A stretch of DNA of 64,000 nt from Maribacter sp. (GTDB lineage: Bacteria; Bacteroidota; Bacteroidia; Flavobacteriales; Flavobacteriaceae). Of this stretch, positions 58,087 through 64,000 are shown piece after piece (positions within the stretch are counted from its first letter, which is position 1; the number at the start of each line of letters is the position of its first letter). Under the pieces are notes generated by a model. The model made no database searches. It was not told the DNA's origin and saw only the letters and a list, made by a program, of their open reading frames with translations. The stretch is taken from the NCBI GenBank assembly GCA_022865355.1, contig JALHST010000222.1, positions 12,443 through 76,442 of the forward strand. The letters run 5' to 3'. The position numbers were made by a program, and so were the translations under genes.

Positions 58087-58413
58087 TTATTTCAGCTTTT
58101 TATTATTTTGATGCCGATTGTGGTCGCGTTTTGATTTCAGGTCTAATTTTTTATCAAAAGCTTTTTGAAGGTCTATACCCGTTTGATTGGCCAGACAGAG
58201 CACAACAAAAAGCACGTCGGCGAGTTCCTCGCCCAGATCTTTCCCCTTGTCGGATTCCTTTTCACTTTGTTCCCCATATCTTCGGGCAATAATGCGCGCA
58301 ACTTCCCCGACTTCCTCGGTCAATTGCGCCATATTGGTCAGTTCATTAAAATAACGGACCCCATGTTGCCGTATCCAATTGTCTACCTCTTGCTGTGCAT
58401 TTTTTACATCCAT
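58087..58413 (-). CDS. MazG-like nucleotide pyrophosphohydrolase
   Basis: 108 aa. Contains the EExGE motif region LTEEVGEVARII and ELADVLFVVLCLAN. Confidence 0.8.
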   Translation of the reverse strand: MDVKNAQQEVDNWIRQHGVRYFNELTNMAQLTEEVGEVARIIARRYGEQSEKESDKGKDLGEELADVLFVVLCLANQTGIDLQKAFDKKLDLKSKRDHNRHQNNKKLK

Positions 58414-58865
58414 TATTCCCTGTTCTTTGAATCAATTAATATCGTGACAGGACCATCATTTACCAAGGCGACTTGCATGTTGGCCCCAAAAATACCGGTC
58501 CGCACTTTTTTCTTTAGTTCCGCTTCCAATTGAAAAATGAATTTTTCATAGAGTGGAATCGCAATTTCAGGCTTGGCCGCTTTGATATACGAAGGTCGGT
58601 TTCCTTTTTTGGTGGCGGCATGCAGTGTAAACTGGCTTACTATGAGTACATCACCATCAATATCCAATAAAGAGTGGTTCATAATGCCGTCGGCATCATC
58701 AAATATTCGCAGGTTCACGACTTTTCTGCACAGCCATTCAATATCTGCCACTTGGTCTAACTCTTCGATGCCTAGCAACAATAAGATTCCCTTGTCTATT
58801 TTCGAAATTACCGCATCTTCAACGACGACACTTGCCCTTGAAACCCTTTGTATTAAGGCCCTCAT
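58413..58865 (-). CDS. dtd: D-aminoacyl-tRNA deacylase
   Basis: 150 aa. Contains MRALIQRVSRASV, LIVSQFTL and GANMQVALVNDGPVT. Confidence 0.93.
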   Translation of the reverse strand: MRALIQRVSRASVVVEDAVISKIDKGILLLLGIEELDQVADIEWLCRKVVNLRIFDDADGIMNHSLLDIDGDVLIVSQFTLHAATKKGNRPSYIKAAKPEIAIPLYEKFIFQLEAELKKKVRTGIFGANMQVALVNDGPVTILIDSKNRE

Positions 58866-58910
58866 AGTCTTATTTTTAGCGCTTTCCCAGTCTGGGATCG
58901 CCGATTTTTA

Positions 58911-59861
58911 CTACTTCGCAACATGCAGATCCATCCGATAATTACCTTCCTCACCACCGACCATTTGTACATAGCTTTTATAGCGGCTCCATGCTACTTT
59001 TTCATTTTCCAAAGCCGCTTTCACGGCACATTGGGGTTCATCTAAATGAAGACAGTTATTGAACTTGCAATGGCCTTTCAACTTAAAGAATTCGGGGAAA
59101 TAATCCCCAATTTCTTCCTTTGCCATATCAACGATACCGAAACCCTTGATTCCAGGGGTATCGATAATCCTAGCATCAAAGCTAAGATCGAACATTTCGG
59201 CAAAAGTGGTCGTATGCTGACCTTGTTGGTGCTGTTCTGATATTTCAGCCGTTTTTATATCAAAACTAGGCTCCAACGCATTGATCAAAGTCGACTTACC
59301 CGCGCCAGAATGGCCTGCGAACATACTCGTCTTCCCTTGCATCAATTGCTTTACTTGATTTACATTTTTTCCGGTTTTTGCCGAAATACCAATGCAGGTG
59401 TAGCCAATATTTCGATACAGATCGGCCAAATATTTTACCTCGCCAAGTTCTTCTTCGGTATACGTGTCGATCTTATTGAACAATAAAATGGCCGGGATGT
59501 CGTAGGCCACTGCAGTGACCAAAAATCGGTCTATAAAAATGGTATAGGTGGTGGGATTGTTCAAGGTAATCAGTAAAAATACCTGATCCAAATTGGCAGC
59601 AATTATGTGCGTCTGTTTTGAAAGGTTGACCGATTTTCGAATAATGTAGTTCTTACGCTCTTTAATTTCCGATATGGTGCCTACCGTATCATCGCCCAGC
59701 TGTTCTATGGCAAACTTGACCACATCCCCAACCGCGATCGGATTGGTACTTTTAATGCCCTGTGTTCGAAACTTGCCCTTGATCCTACATTCATAAAAGA
59801 CGTCCTCATCAGTTTTCACAATGTACCAACTACCTGTAGATTTATACACCGTTCCTGTCAT
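58911..59861 (-). CDS. rsgA: Ribosome small-subunit-dependent GTPase A
   Basis: Contains MTGTVYKSTGSWY (OB fold), NKID, AGHSGAGKSTLINAL and the zinc knuckle CKFNNCLHLDEPQC. The ORF track allows an earlier ATG at 59897. Confidence 0.9.
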   Translation of the reverse strand: MTGTVYKSTGSWYIVKTDEDVFYECRIKGKFRTQGIKSTNPIAVGDVVKFAIEQLGDDTVGTISEIKERKNYIIRKSVNLSKQTHIIAANLDQVFLLITLNNPTTYTIFIDRFLVTAVAYDIPAILLFNKIDTYTEEELGEVKYLADLYRNIGYTCIGISAKTGKNVNQVKQLMQGKTSMFAGHSGAGKSTLINALEPSFDIKTAEISEQHQQGQHTTTFAEMFDLSFDARIIDTPGIKGFGIVDMAKEEIGDYFPEFFKLKGHCKFNNCLHLDEPQCAVKAALENEKVAWSRYKSYVQMVGGEEGNYRMDLHVAK

Positions 59862-60061
59862 TTGTTCCTTGCGTTCTGTCGTATCAAGATACCGCAAAAT
59901 AACGATTTTTCTTTTTAGGATTTGGCTATCTTTAAATCAGTATCAACGAATAATACGATTATACCATGAGAAATTTTATGATTATAGGTTGCTTCATCTG
60001 TTTCTCGGTAATCGAAGCACCTGCCTAACAATTTAAGTTAATTACCAGTGTTGAATCAATC

Positions 60062-60409
60062 GTGCCAAGTGGATTAGGGCGTTCGCGGATTATCGACGGC
60101 AATGAGGATAAAAACTACCAGGAATTTTCTTCGGTACAGACCGAAGAGGATACGAGCCGAAACAAAGCGGATCGAAGTGAAATTCGTGTAAAAAATTTTG
60201 AAGAGACAAAGTTGCTCAATTTTTACAATGTTGCCGGGATCAGATTTCAAAACATTGCGGCCAATGATGCCCTGATATCCTCAAAATTAACGGCCATGGT
60301 CGCTGATGGTTGGGAATTGGTCTTCGTAACGAGTGCCGTAGAGTCTGATGCAGGCCAAAATGACGGCCAGGGCATTTTTATTACTCGGTATATTTTCAAG
60401 AAACCATAA
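60062..60409 (+). CDS. Hypothetical small protein; possibly the distal part of a gene interrupted by an in-frame TAA (upstream ATG at 59966)
   Basis: 115-aa ORF with a GTG start. The same frame upstream encodes a signal-peptide-like MRNFMIIGCFICFSVIEAPA followed by a TAA at 60026-60028. Confidence 0.4.
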   Translation: MPSGLGRSRIIDGNEDKNYQEFSSVQTEEDTSRNKADRSEIRVKNFEETKLLNFYNVAGIRFQNIAANDALISSKLTAMVADGWELVFVTSAVESDAGQNDGQGIFITRYIFKKP

Positions 60410-60567
60410 GTGCCTCCCAGCCACACATGGCAGATAGGTATCGGGGAATATAGTATTGCAAGGCAGCCAAGCCACTATGGCAAGTAACGAACAACGGTTA
60501 CAGGCCGCTATTGCCCGATCGCCCACGTCGCTTTGCATGCCATTGGCTAGTAGGGTTCTTTGAATTC

Positions 60568-61650
60568 CTAGGAATTGACGATCTTCTCCTGATGGTTGAT
60601 AGATTCTTGGTGAATGGCTTTGAACATGCGAAGCACAAATTCCTCGCTAAGACCTTTGGTCTCGCCTTCCAAGATCATCGCTCCTAAAATTTCATTCCAT
60701 CTGTTAGACTGCAAGACGGCGACGTTCTTTTGTTTTTTCAAGGCCCCTATGCCATCGGAAATCTTCATACGTTTTCCCAAGGTATCAATTAATTGGTGGT
60801 CCAAGATATCTATTTGGGCCCGGAGTTTACTCAAATTTTTATTATACTCCATTTCTGGGTCCGATTCTTTCCGAATACGCAAATCTTTCATAATCTGTAC
60901 CAATCTTTTGGGTGTCACCTGCTGTGCCGCATCACTCCATGCGTTATCCGGATCATAATGGGTCTCAATCATCAAGCCGTCAAAATTCAGGTCCAACGCG
61001 GTCTGTGATACGTCAAAAATCATATCGCGTTTGCCAGTGATATGCGATGGATCATTGATAATCGGTAGATCGGGAAACTTGGTCTGTAAATCAATGGCGA
61101 GTTGCCATTCTGGAATATTTCGATATTTCGACTTCTCATAAGTGGAAAATCCCCGATGAATAACTCCTAAATTTTTAATATTGGCGGTATGCAATCTCTC
61201 GACGGCACCCAACCATAACGAAAGATCTGGGTTCACTGGATTTTTGATCAGCACGATTTTATCTGTACCTTCCAAGGCGTCGGCTATTTCCTGCACTATA
61301 AACGGACTCACCGTGGAACGTGCTCCGATCCACAACAGATCTACATCATGTTCCAATGCCAATTCTACATGGGCCCGATTGGCTACCTCGGTGGCGGTTT
61401 TTAAACCCGTCTCCTTTTTGACTTTTAGTAACCACTTTAAACCTATGGCACCTACTCCCTCGAACATGCCGGGCCGCGTTCGAGGTTTCCATATACCGGC
61501 CCGATAGTAATTCACATCGGTATCTTTCAATTCATAGGCGATTTTCATCACTTGTTCTTCGGTTTCAGCACTACAGGGTCCCGCAATTACCAGTGGATGA
61601 TCTAACTTCATAGCATCCAACCATGCCCTCATTTCCTTCGTATTTTCCAT
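60568..61650 (-). CDS. Bifunctional 3-deoxy-7-phosphoheptulonate (DAHP) synthase / chorismate mutase
   Basis: 360 aa. N-terminal KDO8PS-like type I-beta DAHP synthase (PLVIAGPCSAE, GARSTVSPF, NDPSHITG) plus a C-terminal AroQ chorismate mutase (LRAQIDILDHQLIDTLGKRMKIS). Confidence 0.88.
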   Translation of the reverse strand: MENTKEMRAWLDAMKLDHPLVIAGPCSAETEEQVMKIAYELKDTDVNYYRAGIWKPRTRPGMFEGVGAIGLKWLLKVKKETGLKTATEVANRAHVELALEHDVDLLWIGARSTVSPFIVQEIADALEGTDKIVLIKNPVNPDLSLWLGAVERLHTANIKNLGVIHRGFSTYEKSKYRNIPEWQLAIDLQTKFPDLPIINDPSHITGKRDMIFDVSQTALDLNFDGLMIETHYDPDNAWSDAAQQVTPKRLVQIMKDLRIRKESDPEMEYNKNLSKLRAQIDILDHQLIDTLGKRMKISDGIGALKKQKNVAVLQSNRWNEILGAMILEGETKGLSEEFVLRMFKAIHQESINHQEKIVNS

Positions 61651-61651
61651 A

Positions 61652-62512
61652 TTATTGTTTATTAAGTGGTATTCCTTTTAATATTTCCTTTATCTTATTT
61701 GTATTGTTCATTTCGGTAAAAATGCCCTTATAATCCTCTTTTAGGAGCAATTGTTTGAAAGCTTCTAAATTTTGTATGTATTCCTCCAATGTTTCGAGCA
61801 CATTGTCCTTATTCTGTTCGAAAATGGGCGTCCACATGGCAGGTGAACTTTTTGCCAATCGCACGGTACTTTCAAAACCACTTCCGGCCATGTCGAAAAT
61901 ATCGCGTTCGTTTTTTTCCTTATCAATTACCGTCTTTCCCAGCATGAAGGAACTGATATGCGACAAATGCGATACATAGGCAATGTGCTTGTCATGAGCC
62001 TCTGGATTCATATAGCGAATGCGCATCCCGAATTGTTGAAAGATCTTCAGTGCCTTTTCCTGTAGTTTAAAGGCCATTTTTTCAACTTCACAGATTATAA
62101 TCGTCTTTCCTTGGAATAAATCCTCGATAGCTGCCGAAGGTCCAGAAAATTCAGTCCCTGCAATAGGATGGCAAGCCAAAAAATTGCGCCTTTTGGGATG
62201 ATCTTTCAGCATTTTGCAAACCAGGCTTTTCGTGGATCCCGCATCGAAAACCAAACAGTCATCATGAACGGCATCCAATATTTTGGGCAATTCCCTTACT
62301 AAAACATCCACCGGGATCGTCACAGCCACCATGTCGGCCAATTGCAGTTCGGCATAACTTGATTTTTTATCTATCAAATTTAAAGACAAGGCTTCCTCCA
62401 AATGTTGCGGGTTTTCATCCACCCCATAAATCATCGCATCGGGGTAATGCCTTTTCACATCCTTGGCAAAAGAACCTCCGATCAATCCGATACCGATAAT
62501 AAATATGTTCAT
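61652..62512 (-). CDS. tyrA: Prephenate dehydrogenase
   Basis: 286 aa. Rossmann motif IFIIGIGLIGGSFA, also CHPIAGTE and DKHIAYVSHLSH. Confidence 0.9.
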   Translation of the reverse strand: MNIFIIGIGLIGGSFAKDVKRHYPDAMIYGVDENPQHLEEALSLNLIDKKSSYAELQLADMVAVTIPVDVLVRELPKILDAVHDDCLVFDAGSTKSLVCKMLKDHPKRRNFLACHPIAGTEFSGPSAAIEDLFQGKTIIICEVEKMAFKLQEKALKIFQQFGMRIRYMNPEAHDKHIAYVSHLSHISSFMLGKTVIDKEKNERDIFDMAGSGFESTVRLAKSSPAMWTPIFEQNKDNVLETLEEYIQNLEAFKQLLLKEDYKGIFTEMNNTNKIKEILKGIPLNKQ

Positions 62513-62566
62513 TTTTCTAGCCGTTTGTCTTTTTTTGTTTTCCTATTAATTTTCTTTACTGATTTC

Positions 62567-63712
62567 CTAAAATCGCTTAATCGCCTCCTTAATTTTCTCT
62601 TGGGTTACACAAAGTGAAAACCGGATATAGCCTTCCCCATTGCTGCCGAATATGGTCCCCGGGGCAATAAAGATATTCTTGTTATATAACACGTCATCGA
62701 CAAACTGTTCAGCTGAATCGATACCTTTGGGTAGTTGAGCCCAAACAAACATACCGACCGAACTCCTATCATAACTACAACCCAGTTTATCGGCCAATTG
62801 AAACATGAGTTCCCTTCTCGTCATATAGATGCGATCTAACGCTTCAAACCAGGACTTGCCGCTTTGCAGTGCCGCAACGGCTCCTTTTTGTATACCATAA
62901 AACATTCCGGAATCCATATTGCTTTTTACTTTTAATATGGCATTGATATGATCCGGGCTACCCAGTACCATTCCCACGCGCCAGCCTGCCATGTTAAAGG
63001 TTTTGCTCAGGGAATTCAATTCAAGGGCGAACTCTTTGGCCCCTTCGATCTCTAAAATACTCATGGGATTTTTTCCAAGGACAAAGCTATACGGATTGTC
63101 GTTTACCAATAGAATGTTATTCTTTTTAGCGAAGTCGACCAATTTTTGCAACTGATTCCTAGTTGCAGTCGCCCCGGTCGGCATATGTGGATAACTCACC
63201 CACATTAATCTTACTTTGGAAAGGTCTTCCTTTTGAAGTGCTTCTAGGTCTGGGAACCATGAATCTTCGGGGATGAGCATATATTGGCGAGGTACGCCAC
63301 CTACCAATTTGGTGACCGAAGTGTACGTCGGATAGCCTGGATTGGGAATCAATACTTCGTCCCCTGGATTCAAAAAGGCCATACTAATATGCATTATACC
63401 TTCCTTTGAGCCCATAAGAGGCAATATTTCATTTACAGGGTTCACGCGTACCCCGAATTTCGATGAATAAAAATCCGCAATGGCCTCGCGCAATTCCGGT
63501 AACCCTTGATAACTTTGATATTGGTGGGCACCCTCGTCGTTCATAGCCGCCATCATGGCAGCCATTACTTCTTCCGAAGGGGCCAAATCAGGACTTCCCA
63601 CCCCCATATTGATAATAGGCCGGCCTTGTGCCGCAAGTTCTCGGACTTCACGTAGTTTTTTCGAAAAGTAATATTCCTCTACCGTATGTAAGCGATTAGC
63701 CGTGCGTATCAT
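62567..63712 (-). CDS. Class I/II pyridoxal-phosphate aminotransferase (aromatic / prephenate / aspartate type)
   Basis: 381 aa. PLP-lysine motif NSLSKTFNMAGWRVG. Embedded in the pheA-tyrA operon and overlaps the pheA stop by 4 nt. Confidence 0.85.
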   Translation of the reverse strand: MIRTANRLHTVEEYYFSKKLREVRELAAQGRPIINMGVGSPDLAPSEEVMAAMMAAMNDEGAHQYQSYQGLPELREAIADFYSSKFGVRVNPVNEILPLMGSKEGIMHISMAFLNPGDEVLIPNPGYPTYTSVTKLVGGVPRQYMLIPEDSWFPDLEALQKEDLSKVRLMWVSYPHMPTGATATRNQLQKLVDFAKKNNILLVNDNPYSFVLGKNPMSILEIEGAKEFALELNSLSKTFNMAGWRVGMVLGSPDHINAILKVKSNMDSGMFYGIQKGAVAALQSGKSWFEALDRIYMTRRELMFQLADKLGCSYDRSSVGMFVWAQLPKGIDSAEQFVDDVLYNKNIFIAPGTIFGSNGEGYIRFSLCVTQEKIKEAIKRF

Positions 63713-64000
63713 GATCTTGCATTTCTGTATTCCCCCAATACCGTGAAATCTTCCGACATGATATCCAAAAGCGATTTCGCCTTGACAAAATTATGGTATT
63801 TCTCGAAGGTCACATCTACAAAAAAGGCATACTTCCATGGCGTCTCAATAACCGGCAACGATTGAATTTTGGTCAGATTCAATAGGCAGTCGCTCATGAC
63901 ATTTAATATGGCCGCCAAACTCCCTCTTTTGTGATCGGTCACAAAACGAACCGAGGCTTTATTGATTTCCTCTTTTGGCATTTCCTTGTTCTTGGTCTTT
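63709..64000 (-). CDS. pheA: Prephenate dehydratase, C-terminal ACT domain (5' part lies outside the window)
   Basis: The minus frame is open to the window edge. Contains ...SVRFVTDHKRGSLAAILNVMSDCLLNLTKIQSLPVIETPWKYAFFVDV..., an ACT regulatory domain. Operon context is the aminotransferase, tyrA and the DAHPS-CM gene. Confidence 0.8.
   Translation of the reverse strand, partial: KTKNKEMPKEEINKASVRFVTDHKRGSLAAILNVMSDCLLNLTKIQSLPVIETPWKYAFFVDVTFEKYHNFVKAKSLLDIMSEDFTVLGEYRNARS

Noticed and set aside
60440-60480. Possible SRP (4.5S) RNA because of GCAAGGCAGCCAAGCC.
   Set aside because: - The resemblance to the conserved SRP domain IV sequence (GGAAGCAGCC context) is partial.
- I could not build the flanking symmetric and asymmetric loop helix by eye.

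Overview
This window looks like a core chromosomal segment of a Flavobacteriia-class Bacteroidota genome. The evidence is gliding-motility genes gldB/gldC next to nadE, the short 287-aa sigma-A, TAnnTTTG -7 promoter boxes, and an FtsZ with a long C-terminal linker. It is densely packed with housekeeping genes.

**Gene content**
- 1-7.8 kb: fbaA, accD, rpsO, pnp, rpoD and trmL.
- 8.4-18.3 kb: a block of large secreted or periplasmic proteins. These are a CxxCH heme-binding beta-propeller protein, a BNR/sortilin-repeat protein and a Tat-signal Gfo/Idh/MocA oxidoreductase. They are interleaved with rpe and a YpdA-like flavoprotein.
- 21.6-37.3 kb, minus strand: a complete Bacteroidota-type dcw cluster, mraZ-rsmH-ftsL-ftsI-murE-mraY-murD-ftsW-murG-murC-ftsQ-ftsA-ftsZ. 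It is followed by a GatB/YqeY gene and tRNA-Arg(UCG).
- 37.5-50.6 kb: miscellaneous enzymes, gldBC, nadE and an orphan LuxR-type response regulator.
- 50.6-64 kb: dnaG, a polyprenyl synthase, rlmN, queA, aroA, mazG-like, dtd, rsgA, and an aromatic amino-acid operon (pheA, aminotransferase, tyrA, DAHP synthase/chorismate mutase).

I see no CRISPR array, transposase, integrase, toxin-antitoxin pair or recognisable defence island. I cannot support a claim of a novel multi-gene system here.

**Best leads for a second look**
1. An in-frame TAG at codon 10 of the essential murC gene, just before its glycine-rich nucleotide-binding loop.
2. A tandem array of about 105-bp repeats carrying tRNA-3'-end-like sequence next to tRNA-Arg. 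A third dispersed copy brackets a 2.2-kb segment that holds an uncharacterised beta-barrel gene and a gene remnant.
3. A textbook-looking triple GTGGTAA operator, phased at 10 bp, in front of mraZ.
4. Complete loss of the zinc-ligand residues in both DnaG and AccD.
5. Simple heptamer repeats inside the dcw operon.

All calls rest on reading the translations and the nucleotide sequence by eye. No database search was run.
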